Source: Octopus sinensis
Lineage: Eukaryota
Assembly (NCBI RefSeq): GCF_006345805.1
Contig: NC_043010.1
Location: 55,862,001 to 55,926,000 of the forward strand
Length of the DNA: 64,000 nucleotides
Direction: 5' to 3'
In this document: positions 37,627 to 51,700 of the stretch, in pieces
Layout: every line of letters starts with the position of its first letter
Position numbering within the stretch: the stretch's first letter is position 1
Program-made: the position numbers and the translations under genes
The notes under the pieces: generated by a model
Seen by the model: the letters and a program-made list of their open reading frames with translations, nothing else
What the model was told of the DNA's origin: nothing
The model's database searches: none

Positions 37627-37840
37627 ACAATTGAGGGTAAAAATTAATTAGTTATTAATCAATTTCACCAAGTAGTGTTCAGTATGTAAAAGGACCATTT
37701 AAGGCGAATTCAAAATATTACATTATATAATTAGGGCTTAGTAAAATAAATTACTTTGCCACATACTGAACTTTCTAGAAATAGCAGCCAAAAAATTTTT
37801 TTAGCCATTTCCACTACTTTAAGAAAATTTCTCTCAGATA
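37622..37840. repeat. Penelope-type terminal repeat, rearranged relative to 41414-41617
   Basis: 37728-37840 is direct with 41414-41527; 37622-37697 is inverted relative to 41540-41617. Confidence 0.7.
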
Positions 37841-38026
37841 ATATTCTAGTAGCTATGAAGCAATCATTTCATCATCTGACATGTGGCACATAGTACATCT
37901 GTACAGGTAATGTCGATTTGATGGAGGGAGGGAGTTTATGCGTACACAAACAAATCATCTGTGTGGTTGTTCGGCAAGAAATTGCCAGACCCTCATACGT
38001 CGTCTAATGACGGGAGAGTCCATGAT

Positions 38027-38058
<32 letters not shown>

Positions 38059-38959
38059 AGGAGGAACAACCGTCTTTCTCCATGACTCCTTTTCAGTTGA
38101 TGCCAAGGACATATTTTCCTATGGCTACTGTGAACCCAAATCCCTATTCAACAAGGCCAACGCGACATAATCATTGTTGCTCTCTACAGGCCTCCCCAAG
38201 TATCTCTAAAGTGCTTTGAAGAATGTGTAACGGCAGAAATTAATTGGCAAACAATAATTGATAAGCAATAGGATGGAACATCGGAGATGTCACCAGTTTG
38301 TTACGGTTGGTTCTTCGTTGAAGTCGAGGGCCATCAAATTGTAATGGTTTGTTGTTAGTTGATTGCCATTATGTAAGATGAAGGAAGAACAGTGAATGAA
38401 GTTGTAAAGAGATACTTATTTGCCGTTTCTTTAATATATGCCATACCACGACGGCTAGGCTAGTGTAATAGTATATGACACAGTTCGTAAAGCATGCAAA
38501 GTAAAGAAAGTTAATTCCGGCCTGTATATGGGTGTACACGATTTCATAGTAGTATTAGCGAGAGATATGATAATGTTGCAGAGAAGAGAAATTGAGCTAA
38601 TGAAAGCAAGAGAATGTGGGACGAAGCAGATTCTACGCTGGTTAATTCCATAGTTGTCACTCTGTGAAGTTACCTCAGTCAAGACAGCATTTTGCTGGAG
38701 CCGGTCCACCGCCTGCCTGTCTTCTTGTTTTTATAACTATCCACAATTAGCCAGAAAGATGGACATATTGTTGAGAGCAGTAGATTTCGTTGAAGGTCTG
38801 TGATATCTCTATTCTAGAAATAGAAGAGGTCAGAAGAGTCAAGTGGCCAAGACATTATTCCGGACCAGCAAAGATATCTGGTAAATGTAACTGCCGTCAC
38901 TCACAGAAAAACTATAGTTTTACCGTGAGAAAAGTGCCGTTGGACTGTTAATTTAAATT

Positions 38960-39565
38960 TGGCTATCGAGGATCGAATCCACGCCATGCCTGCAAGATCC
39001 ACTACAAATGCCGCAACAAAATCAACTCCTTCCTTCAGAAATACAACTCCGGAAACATGCTGGTGACGGGTAATCTTAACTTCCCTTAAATAAACTGGCT
39101 CACATATAGTCTGAAGTGGGGCAAATGCACTACACCTGACAAAGCAGCAGCAGAATTACTCTTTAATCTAATGGATGAATTTTTCTCTGACACGGCTAGT
39201 GGTCGAACCAACAAGACAGAATAAAACGATCTTAGATCTAATATTAACAAACCACGAGTTCCATTCATAGTATTTCAGTTGAAAAACTCTCCTCTCGGAT
39301 TATAACATGATACTCTGCAAGTTTAATTTCCGGCATATCAAAACAAAACCATCCAGTCCAACTCCACTGCACTTATTTGACAACATAAACTTCCACAAAG
39401 CGGATTGGGGATCAATCAGAAAGGATCTGTCCTTTATCGACTGGTCCTTCATTCTCAGTTCCACTGACACTGAAACCACATGGCAGCACTTTGAGGACAT
39501 TGTCACCTATACATGATCAAAACACGCTCCTACGAAATCCATTTACACAAACAGAAACAGGCTCC

Positions 39566-39651
<86 letters not shown>

Positions 39652-41105
39652 CTCATCAGACGCATCAAAAGACTTAATAAAAAAATCAATCAATCAAAAT
39701 ACTCCCACATGCAACATCCACATTCAACAACAATGAAAAGGCTGGAGTTGGAAAACATGAAAACCAGCATTGAAAAATCAAAGAGCTGCAGAGGAACTGG
39801 GTAATAAAAAAAAATCAAACTGGACCAAAAAGCGTTTCATTCATCTGCAAATAAGAATAGGTCAGCTCTTATACCACATCGATGATATCCTTAAAACCTT
39901 GGGATCAAGTTCGAGCTCTGATGTCATATATCTTGACTTCAGTAAAGCGTTCGACAATGTTGACCATAATATCCTACTGTCAAAATTGTCAAATGTTGGA
40001 ATCCGTGGAGAACTTCAACACCGGATTGAGTATTTCCTGGAGAACAGATCACAAAATCTTGTGATCGGTGGAATCCACTGAAGCCCGGTAAAAGTCACCA
40101 GTGGTTCCCCTCGGCGGACTGTCTTGGGCCCGCTCCTCATTATAGTCTATATAAACGACTTTTCTAGCGTCATAAAACACAGCAAAGTGAAAATATTCGC
40201 TGAAGAAGAAGACCGAACTGAACTCCAGTCTGATCTATATGCTGTGAGTCAATGGGCAGACAGAAACAAAATGCAACTAAACGAGGGAAAATTTGAGCTG
40301 ATGCATTTTGGAAGAAAGACTATGCTAAAACAACCATACTCTCTTCCTTCAGGAGAACCACTCACAGCCTGTAATAATATCAGAGACCTAGGAGTAATTG
40401 TTGATAACAATCTTAGCTGGAGTGCCCACATCAACACTAAGGTCGATATAGCTCGTAAGATGAGCTCCTGGATCCTAAGATCCTTCCGGTCCAGAGAACA
40501 AGGTGTCATCATTCCTCTTTTCTCCTACTTTGCACGGCCATACCTCGAATGCTGCTGCCCCCTGTGGTCTCCCCATACAAAACAAAACATCTCGAAAATT
40601 GAATCATCCCAGAGATCGTTCGCAAAAAGAATTAAGGGCATGACTGATTTCGATTATTGGAACCGCCTTAAAGCATTGAAACTCTATTCTTTCCGGCGCC
40701 ACCGCGAGTGATACATCATTTACACGATGTGGAGAATATACGACCAGCATTGCCCAAACAACCTCAACATTAGCTTGAAAATTCATCCAAGGTTAGGACC
40801 ACGGGCCATACGTCCCCTACACAATTCAAGATTACAACACATAAATACACTGTAACACAATTTCTTTTCCTCAATCGGCCCTGCCCTATTTAACATTGTC
40901 CCGAAACAAATCAAAGAGGAAAAGGATCCCATCACCTTTAAACGGAAACTTTACCTAGATACAGTTCACTCAACAAGAACTCCCTACTCGAATGGACCAC
41001 GACACCACGAAACTTGACTTAAAAAGGATTTAGATAATCCTATCAGGTGGGGCTACGAAGTTAGATATGGCTTGGACCAATCTTTGGTTGAAACATATTT
41101 AAGTT
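38960..41105 (+). mobile_element. CR1/L2-group LINE remnant (APE and deleted RT), interrupted by (GA)n
   Basis: VTGNLNFP.INW, EPTR..ILDLILTN, SDH-region; DVIYLDFSKAFDNVDH, LGPLL..YIND, IRDLGVIVD, LECCCPLWSP. Confidence 0.88.
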
Positions 41106-41138
41106 ATATATATATATATATATTTATTATATAGAAGG

Positions 41139-41189
41139 AGCTTCTACAGGACTAGAACTGTTTCATTCAAGAGAAATCATCAGGAAGCT
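41139..41189 (-). ncRNA. Type I hammerhead ribozyme motif
   Basis: AGCTTC-CTGATGA-T.TTC.TCTT.GAA.T-GAAA-CAG.TTCTAGTC.CTG-TA-GAAGCT; U-U at the first stem II position. Confidence 0.65.
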
Positions 41190-41199
41190 AGTTAACAAG

Positions 41200-41633
41200 A
41201 ATTGTATTGGCATGTATATGTATATATGTATAGAAATGTATGGGTATAGTAGGAATATACGCATGTATTATGTGTGTGTGCGTGTGTATGTATGTAAATA
41301 TATATATATATGTATGTGTGTGTGTGTGTGTGTATATATGTATATATGTGTGGATGCATATGTATATGTATATGTATGTGTGTATATATATGTATGTATA
41401 TATAAAATATTATATAATTAGGGCTTAGTAAAATAAATTACTTTGCCACATACTGAACTTTCTAGAAATAGCAGCCAAAAAAGTTTTTTAGCCATTTCCA
41501 CTACTTAAAGAAAATTTCTCTCAGACAATGTTTACTCAAAAATAATGGTCCTTTTACATACTGAATACTTGGTGAAATTGATTAATAACTAATTAACTTT
41601 ACCCTCAATTGTTGATATATATATATATATGTA

Positions 41634-41672
<39 letters not shown>

Positions 41673-41926
41673 TATATATATATATATATATATATGTATG
41701 TACGTGTATGTGTGTGGTGTGTGTGTGTATATATATGTATATATGTGTGTGTGTATATATTTATATATATATATATTATGTATATATATGTGGATATGTA
41801 TATATATATATATATATAAGTGTACGCGAGTATGTCGATGTATATGTAGGTATGTAGAGTTATGTGTATGTGCATGTATGTGTGTGTATATACAGATTGT
41901 AGATGGGTATATATATATATGTGTAT

Positions 41927-41968
<42 letters not shown>

Positions 41969-42509
41969 ATATATGTGTGTGTGTGTATATATATATATAT
42001 GTATGTATGTGTAGGTATGTAGAGTTATACGTATGTGCATGTGTGTGTGTATGTGTGCATATATATAGATAGGTGTATATATGTATATGTATATATATAT
42101 ATATGTGTGTATGTATGTATATATATATATATATGTATATATATATGTGTATATATATATATGTGTGTGTGTATGTTTATATGAATGTTCCCGTCTGTAT
42201 AAAGGGTAACTGCATGTATATATACTTATTATTTATTACTTATTACTTATTATTTATTACTTGAGTATGCGTTGGTATGCATGTATGTAATTTAGTATAT
42301 AGGTGGCGCGTGAGCGTATGTATGTGTATGCACCTCTATAGAAATATGTAATACATTTATGCCCTGTATGTACTTATGTGTATATACGTGTATATATATA
42401 TATATGTATATATATATATTATATATATTATATATATATATATATGGTTGTTTGTGTGTGTGTGTGTAGTTGTGTGTGTGTATGAGTATGTATGTCGTAT
42501 ACACACATG

Positions 42510-42562
<53 letters not shown>

Positions 42563-42641
42563 GTATATATATGTGTGTTGTGAGTATGTGTGTGTATGTG
42601 TATGTATATATGTAGATATTGTGTGTATGTGTATGTGTGGG

Positions 42642-42695
<54 letters not shown>

Positions 42696-42740
42696 GTATA
42701 TATATGTGAATGTGTGTGTATATGTACATATATATATATA

Positions 42741-42791
<51 letters not shown>

Positions 42792-43112
42792 AAGTTTATA
42801 TGTATGTATCCGTCTGTATAATAGGTAACTGCACGTAAATATATACTTAATATTTATTATTTATTTTTTGAGTATGCATGTAAGTATATGAACATAAGGA
42901 GGCGCGCGTGTGTGTGTGTATGTGTAAGCATATGTATAGATATATGTATACTTTTACGCATGTGTGTACTTATGTGTATATACGGATGCGCGTGTGTGTG
43001 TGTGTATATGGGTACGCATGTATATGTGTATGTGTGTGTATGTATATGTGTATGTATGTGTGTGTGTATATATGTATATGTATGTATGTACATGTATGTA
43101 TGTGTGTATATG

Positions 43113-43143
<31 letters not shown>

Positions 43144-43273
43144 GTGTATGAGTATAGGTATGTATATGTATGTGTATGTATGCGCGTATATGTATGTATA
43201 TGTATATGTGTGGGTGTGTGTATGTGTATATATGTATGTATGTATGGGTGTATGTATATGTATGTATATATAC

Positions 43274-43327
<54 letters not shown>

Positions 43328-43758
43328 TTGTATGTAGTGTATATGTATGTGTGTATATAATTTATTGGTGTATATGTATGGACTATCTTCTAAGCGTGTA
43401 GACATGAATCTGTAGGTACGCGTACGTATGTGTATATATGTGAATGTATGTAGATGTATGTATGTATGAATATAACGCGTGCGTGCGTGTATGTGTATGA
43501 GTGTACGAATGAGTGAGTGTGCGTGCTAATGAGTGAGCGTGCGTGAGTGAGTGCTTGTGTTCGAGTAGAAAGATATATGAACTTGCTGTCGTAGCCAAGA
43601 TGCTTGTGACCCGCGGTCAAAGATAACAAAAGTAATAAATGAAGATAATAATAAAATTAAAATTAGGGAATGGGTTTGTATTTGTATGTATATGTGTGTA
43701 TGTGTAGGTATGTATAGGTACACATATGTATATATATATATATGTATATATATATATA

Positions 43759-43800
<42 letters not shown>

Positions 43801-44110
43801 GTATATATGGACTTGTGTGTGCATGTGTGTATGTAGATATATGTGTGTATGTGTATGTGTGTGTATGTATATATTTTTTGTGTGTATATGTATGTGTGGG
43901 CGTGTGTGTATATATACATGTGTGTGTGTGTATATGTGTGCATATGTATGTATATATTATATATATATATAATATATGTATGTATATATGTGTATATATA
44001 CATATATGTATATATAATATGTGTGTGTGTGTGTATGTATGTGTGTATGTATATGTGTGCGTGTGTGTTAATATACATATGTGTATATGTATAAGTGAGA
44101 ATCTCCTTAT
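41200..44110. repeat. TA/TG low-complexity block with internal degenerate duplication
   Basis: Mixed (TA)n/(TG)n/(TATG)n; ccgtctgtata..ggtaactgca recurs at about 42190 and 42810. Confidence 0.9.
41414..41617. repeat. Penelope-type terminal repeat ending ttgttgat-(AT)n
   Basis: Homology to 37622-37840. Confidence 0.7.
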
Positions 44111-44328
44111 TACCTAAAACTCTATTCTTCTATATATTTTTCTATATATTTTTTTATTCTTTTATTTTATTTATTCTTTTATTTATTATTTTATCTATTT
44201 TACCACTGACTCCTTGACCACTCCCCCAAGTATGATATTTTGCGCTATGCCTACCCCCAAAAAGTCCCCCACCACCACCCCTTAAACCTGCCTAAATGTA
44301 TAAATGCCAATACAATTCTTGTTAACTA

Positions 44329-44374
44329 CTTCCTGATGATTTCTCTTGATGAAACAGTTCTAGTCCTGTAGAAG
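44329..44374 (+). ncRNA. Type I hammerhead ribozyme motif, inverted copy of 41139-41189
   Basis: CTTC-CTGATGA-TTTCTCTTGAT-GAAA-CAG.TTCTAGTC.CTG-TA-GAAG; two single-base deletions relative to the other copy weaken stems I and II. Confidence 0.55.
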
Positions 44375-44458
44375 CTCCTTCTATAAATAAATTAATTTTA
44401 CTCTGCTATGTATTGAGTACCTTATTTACTGTGGTTAACCCCGTATCAACCCGGGACC

Positions 44459-44494
<36 letters not shown>

Positions 44495-45029
44495 AGCAGC
44501 TAAGCCCAGTTTCAGCCGGTCGGTTTGGGTGATGTGGCTGTAAAACCTGCTCTGTGTAAGCATTCGACTTGTTTGGGCATGCTTACGTTAAAAAACAATT
44601 TTAGAATGACTTTTATCTGTCAAAACGCTAAAAATAACTGACCACCAAAAAAACAAAAACAGCCAAAATTCAACCAAATATAAGCCCAAAAACCATGCGA
44701 AGAAAGATGAAACATTCCACTTCCGTTGCACGCGCACACACATACACACATTCACAGAACCCCCTTTTACATACCCACACATATATTCACAGAGTTCAAA
44801 CGCCCTTCCTTTCCTTATCTATCACCCCTTCCTTTCTCATTTTTAAACACAAGACTATTATTATAGTAGATTATTTCGGTAACCATGGGAACTATGAAAA
44901 AAAAATAAAAGCCCAGCATCACCACCTGATCATTCTACATATCTGTGTAATTTTTCGCGCAATTCCACCCAGCCGTTTGACCGTGAATCCCTAGACAAGA
45001 AAGAATCGCCCATATATATATATATACAT

Positions 45030-45178
45030 GCCATATATGTCTTTTGCTTTCGACTCGTTTCAGTCATTGAATTGCTGCGATGCTGAGGAGCTGCCCGGAC
45101 CGACCTTAGTACTTATTTTTTAAGGACCTATTACTTATTCTATCGGACTGTCTTGCTTAACCGCGACGGTACGGGATG

Positions 45179-45243
<65 letters not shown>

Positions 45244-45401
45244 GTGTAGTATGTATGTATGTATGTAGAGAGACGATTCCAAGTTGCATTCTCTTGCTGT
45301 CGGTACACTGTATATTTATAAAGGTAGATTTGACTTAAGAGTCCCTCATAGCGCGAGACATTTACGTGTAGTAATGCCCTTATAATATATATATTATATA
45401 T

Positions 45402-45458
<57 letters not shown>

Positions 45459-45600
45459 TGTGTGTGTGTGTGTGTGTGTATAATTGTATATATATAAACC
45501 AAGATACTTTTAGTTTTCCGGAGCTATGGTAGAAGACACTGGCCCACGATGCCACGCAGAGGGACTGAACTCGGTGCTTACATAAGTACACTTCTTACAA
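45030..45600 (-). mobile_element. Degenerate SINE (head near 45500-45600, tail 45030-45170) with expanded internal microsatellite
   Basis: Matches the families at 33191 and 32750. Confidence 0.55.
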
Positions 45601-45842
45601 CATAATCAGGCACTTTGAACAATCATGAACTGCGGAATTCGATCCCACTGCCTTGAATGTTGAGAAAGTACTTTTAGTATATAGTTCCATGTATAGTCTC
45701 AAGTTTTGTGAAGATAAATGATGCAAAATGTATTAACTGTGTAATACATAATGAAAGAGCGTGTGTGTGTGTAAGTGAATGTGAGCGTGTTTTGTGTGTC
45801 ACCCACACTCCAACTCCCTCAACAAGTGTCGGCCGTGCTTAC

Positions 45843-46026
45843 GTCGTCGTCGTTGACTAACAATAGCCACAACGGCGGCGCTGACAGCAGCAGCAGCAGC
45901 AGGCGACGGTGATGTTTTGTTGTTCAGTTTTCTGTCGCTATTTACTGGAGTCACTTGTATTGCTTTATCAGGGTGGCGGTTCGTATCCGGACCCCACCAC
46001 ACTTTTCGGGCCTCACCTCCATTGTT
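45843..46026 (-). CDS. Candidate minus-strand exon (NNGGEARKVWWGPD..PAAAAAVSAAVVAIVSQRRR)
   Basis: tcatttttatattcag| acceptor, gac|gtaagc donor, 184 nt open in frame 0, GC/CpG-rich unique sequence. Confidence 0.25.
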
Positions 46027-46530
46027 CTGAATATAAAAATGACACGTAGGTAAAAAGCAAGGACGATAACAGAAAAAGGAACGTTGATATTTACACTGTT
46101 ATTTCGACATTGTTTTGGATTTACTCAAGTCTGGCGCTGGTGAATGTTGCTCTTTTTATCCCTCTCTTCAGTCACCAACTTCTCCCTTTAAGGTCCTCCT
46201 CCCCGAAAAAAACTCGACGATTTTTCTGTTACCTTTCTTACACTTAAACTCCAATATCAAATTTTCATTCCAAAGTACATACATACATACCTGCCTGCCT
46301 GCCTGCCTGTATGTATGTGTGTATACATAGGCACGCTCCCGGTAAATATGAATTCCAAACTATTTCTATGTCCCGGCTGAACATATTTCTCCTCTCAATT
46401 ATTCCCGATTTCCTGCTCTCACTCTTCGGGGCTATTCGCGCACCCACTTATATTCTCTTCATTTCTTGCTTATCTCTCTCCCTGCCCCACCCGGCTGTCA
46501 ACTGTCAAATTCCCACGTAATTCTACGCAG

Positions 46531-46631
46531 GCTAAAAAGAGAAGTGTGTATAATAACTGGACGAATGTAATGGGTGTTGGATTAACTAAACGGAAGACCC
46601 TGACTATAAATGAACGAACCAATTTATCAAG
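46531..46631 (+). CDS. Candidate host exon (AKKRSVYNNWTNVMGVGLTKRKTLTINERTNLS)
   Basis: Pyrimidine-rich upstream region, ttctacgcag| acceptor, consensus aag|gtaagt donor, 101 nt with one open frame, phase 0/2. Confidence 0.35.
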
Positions 46632-47340
46632 GTAAGTGCTTTAGATGTTTCTCTTTTAATATTATCACCTCACCTTTTCCCCAGTGAGATTCAAAGATGC
46701 ATTCTAAAGATACAATACAATACTTACATACATACATACACACACACACACACATATACTCACACCCCATTACTTCATTATCACCTTCGAAAGGAAGGAA
46801 GTTATCAGTTGTATACATCCTGCATACATAGAGTACAGCTTGTATATACACTGGAATACGTCAAGTACATTCGTGTGTGTGTGCGCGCGTATTCTGGAGC
46901 AGCGTGTTAATATATACCCAGACACACCTTACGAACTGTTTATTCTTAAATACGTCAGAGGTGCGTGCGTTTGTGTAAGTGTATGTGTGTGTGAAAAAGG
47001 AAAAGGTTGACAAAATTTCAGGTCAGTTACTTAGCTGAAGCTTCGAAGTCGCTGTCAACCTTGTCCGTTTGAAAATAAACTTGATACGCTACCTAATTAA
47101 TATATTGCATAATTCTCCAATTAATGTTTCTTTATATAACTACACATTAAAAAAAAAACAAAAACATATTCTAAAGCTTCTAAGGTACCCTAGAAAATAG
47201 CTTAGAGCATAGAGTGAGAAAATATCCCGCACAACTGGTCTATATTCTGAAACAGGTGTGTTGTGTATATCCGGGAACGTACCTGTTCACGCTTGTAGGT
47301 ACGCAGTAACATTACGGGTAATCCGAACTGTTGTGTATAG

Positions 47341-47508
47341 CAGTGGTTCCCAACCTGTGGTCCGTGGACCCCCTGGTGGTCTTGAAAGGTAGTACTAGGG
47401 GGTCCATGAAGACACCCAATACTACAGACCTTTCAATAGCCTGAGGTCTTTAGGAAAACTCATTTAAATGAAGGGGGTCCTTGGTAGCGAAAAGGTTGCG
47501 AACCACTG
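47341..47508. mobile_element. hAT (Charlie-like) MITE, 168 bp
   Basis: TIRs cagtggttcccaacct / aggttgcgaaccactg; subterminal ggaccccct / agggggtcc; no matching 8-bp TSD. Confidence 0.8.
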
Positions 47509-47689
47509 GACTCCATCCTTGAAAACAGCTGTTCATTCCCATTAATGAGAACGATTTGCGATAAGATGAATTCTTTATTTCAGCTGAAGGTTGTTCGTTA
47601 CGACAACACTGACGTCCGATCTTTAGTGATGGCCTTACATATTAATACACGGCCACCGTAGTGTGTGTGTGTGTGTCTGAGGATGCATA

Positions 47690-47861
47690 CACACACACAT
47701 ATATATATATTCACACATACACACATATCTATAGATATATACACTCACACATGTAAATATATATACCTGTGGTTATATATATACATATATATATATATAT
47801 AGATATATATAATATATCTATACACTCACACATATAAATATATACCTGTGTGTATATATAT

Positions 47862-47911
<50 letters not shown>

Positions 47912-47943
47912 TCACACATAAATATATATACCTGTGGTATATA

Positions 47944-47983
<40 letters not shown>

Positions 47984-48152
47984 CACACACACTCACACAT
48001 ATAAATATATATACCTGTGTGTATATATATACATATATATATATATATATACACTCACACATATAATATATATATACCTGTGTTATATATACATATATAT
48101 ATTAATATATATATATATATATATATACACTCACACATATAATATATATACC

Positions 48153-48230
<78 letters not shown>

Positions 48231-48369
48231 TATATATATAAATATATATATATGAAAACACACATACATATATATCATTATATATATAATATATAATATT
48301 ATATATATAATATATATATATCTATAAATATATATATATATATGAAAACACACATACATACATATGCAT

Positions 48370-48427
<58 letters not shown>

Positions 48428-48452
48428 GAAAACCACATACATACATATGCAT

Positions 48453-48485
<33 letters not shown>

Positions 48486-48621
48486 GATATAATAATATAT
48501 ATATATATATATGAAAACACACACATACATACATATGCATTATATATATACATACATATGCATTATATATATATCTATATAAAATATATATATATGAAAA
48601 CACACATACATACATATGCAT

Positions 48622-48670
<49 letters not shown>

Positions 48671-48720
48671 AATATATATGAAAACACACATACATACATA
48701 TGCATTATATATATATATAA
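47690..48720. repeat. Two TA-rich minisatellite arrays
   Basis: Units containing cactcacacat..cctgtg (47750-48160) and gaaaacacacatacatacatatgcatt (48250-48715). Confidence 0.9.
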
Positions 48721-51700
48721 ACAGCGCACACGGGTGTGTATGTTCTACCTGAGAGGTTCCTGCTGGCATGGAAAGGAAGGTGCAGGCTGCCGCTTTGCAC
48801 ATCGGGGACCCTGCCACAGAGACACGAGGCAGATGGACAAACCATCAACACAAAGAAAAGGGATGGACCACGCACCACCTGCCCCAAAGCGGAGGTACGC
48901 AGATGTTGTGCGCGCCACAAACAGCCAACATGATGTTGTCGAAAGAGCAGCTGCTGAGCAACAATCTTTTTTGTGCATGGCACAAAAGATTGTACAGCAG
49001 CTGACCTGGCTTCATCAAACCCAAGCCCGCAGGTGGGACTACCCACTATATACCAGACCACCACAGCAAACAGACACAGGATGGACACACCGCCGGCAAC
49101 AACGTACACCTCACCTCGATACTCCTACTGAACATCAGAGGACTGCAAACACTCAGTAACGGACAAAGATCCCGTTCCTGAGAGACTTTGTTGCATGCAA
49201 TCAAGCCATATGCATAGCACTTACAGAAACGCACCTGAAACCGGACATAGCAGATGCGGAGTTACACATACCACAGTATGCTGTACTACGGACCGACAGG
49301 AAAGAAAGGAGTCATGGAGGTGTTGCTATGTACATCCGTGAGGACCTCACACCCCAGGTCCTCTTGTCATACTCAAACTCGGTGTGTGACACACTAATTG
49401 TACATATTAAGCAACTTGATGTAGTTGTGTGTGCTACATATCGCCCTCCAGATGCCCCAAGCCATGTGGGCAAGTTTGAAGACTGCCTTAAAAATAGAAG
49501 AAATTCTAACCACATTAGAACAACACATAGGTGTGCTTCTTATGGGAGACTTCAATCTGCCCAATGTCAGATGGCCCGAGGGCCTTTCTCCCCAGGAATG
49601 ACAAGATGTGAACGAGGACAGGCGAGGTCCCTCCTGAACCTCATCAACACCCTGTACATGGAGCAGGTAATACTCCAACCAACCAGGGCAGGTAACACAC
49701 TGGATCTCTGCTTCACAAATGACATGGATCTCATCCATAATGTGAAAGTGACACCGACACTACTCTCGGATCACAACATGATAGAGCTGACCATGTACGG
49801 GCCAAAGAGAGCACGGACATGCAGCCTACAAGAAACCCTCAAAATCTTTCCAGCTTGAACTACCATAAGGCAAACTGGAAACAAATTGAGAAAGAGATCC
49901 TCAAACAAAACTGGCCTAAATGTCTCTCCTCGCCAGACATCGACGTGAAACTTCAACAATTCATGTCTGTAATGCAAGCCATATGCTACAAATGTGTCCC
50001 AGAGAGAAAGGCCACTGTACACAGAACAAAATCCCCAGAGAGAGGAAAATCTTAATGAGACGGCGTACGAAATTTTCAAATCGCCTAAACAAACAGATTG
50101 AAAGCAGTGAAAAGTCCCGCCTAAAAATAAAACTGTTGGAAATCGAAAAATCTCTGCAACTCTCCCATGAAAAAGAAAGAGCAGACAAAGAAGCCTGGGC
50201 TATAGAAAACATAAAATCTAACCCCAGAGCTTTCTACAGTTATGCCAAAGAAACAGCTACAGTGCACTGTAGAATAGGGCCACTCCTCGAAAAGGATGGC
50301 ACACTTACAGGAAAACCAAGAGGTAAGTGAAATACTGAATGAGCAATTCAAGAGTGTTTTCACTCCACCCCTTGGGCATCTCCAAATCACCAATCCAACT
50401 GACTTTTTTACCACTGCAGATATAAAATCAGAGGCGGCGACGATAGATTACATCGATATAAAGGAAGACGATGTAACCAAGGCTATAGATGAAATGAAAA
50501 CAGACTCAGCTACTGGCCCCGATGGATTCCCGGCAATCCTCCTAAAAGCATGTAAGAGAGTCCTAGCAAGACCACTGCAGTTCCTCTTTCAGAGCTTCCT
50601 TGCAGCTGGCAAACTTCCAGGAAAACTGAAGGAAGGTAAAATATGCCCCATTCATAAAGGAGGTAGCAGAGCGGAAGCCAAGAACTATAGACATATTTCT
50701 CTGACCTCACATATCAGCAAGGTCATGGAACGAATAGTCAGAAGGAAACTGATCACCTTCCTTGAAGAGAATGACTTGCTGCCCGACACCCAACATGGTT
50801 TCCGACCAGGGAGAAGCTGTTTAACTCAGCTCCTACAACACTATGACTGGGTGCTGAAACGGCTGCTCAACCACTCAAATGTGGAAGTGATATATCTCGA
50901 CTTTGCAAAGGCTTTTGATAAAGTCGATCATGGAATGATATGTCACAAACTGCGTGATCTCAACATAGTTGGAAAACTGGGAGAATGGCTTCATGACTTT
51001 CTGAAGGATAGAAGTCAGGTGGTAGTAGCCAATGGGGCCACCTCCATTAAACACAAATAGTGAGCGGTGTTCCGCAGAGCACTGTTCTGGGACCACTACT
51101 GTTCATAATGGCCCTCTCAGACATGCCCTCAGCCACGCAGAGAGCCACGATCACAAGTTATGCAGATGATACAAAAGTTTCACAGGCAATACAGAACCCT
51201 GAGGACACTAAACACCTGCAATGTGAGCTGGACGAAATATACAAGTGGGCTGAAAAGAATAGCATGCAGTTCAATGCTGGAAAGTTTCAAGCTTTATACT
51301 ATCAGCATGCAAAACTGAATGCAATACCCAATGAATACACTGGACCCGGAGGGATTGCAATCCCAGAGGCACAATCAGTGCGTGACCTGGGTATTCACAT
51401 GAGTGATGACGCGACCTTTCATGTACATGTTGCTAAACTGACAATGAAATGTAGACGGCTGGCTGGATGGATTCTTAGAACCTTTAGAACAAGAGAACAA
51501 GAAACCATGATGGTCCTCTGGAAGACACTTGTCCTAAGCCACTTTGACTATTGCTCTCAGCTATGGTCACCATCCAGTGTCAAGTTGATCACAGAACTTG
51601 AGGCGATCCAACGAAGCTACACAAAGAAGATAGCCTCTATGCAGAATGTAAGCTACTGGGAAAGACTCAAGAGATTAAAATTATATTCCCTGGAGCGTAG

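Noticed and set aside
38674-38813. Minus-strand exon candidate with a strong acceptor
   Set aside because: The best frame stops just before the donor, and the segment adjoins LINE-derived sequence.
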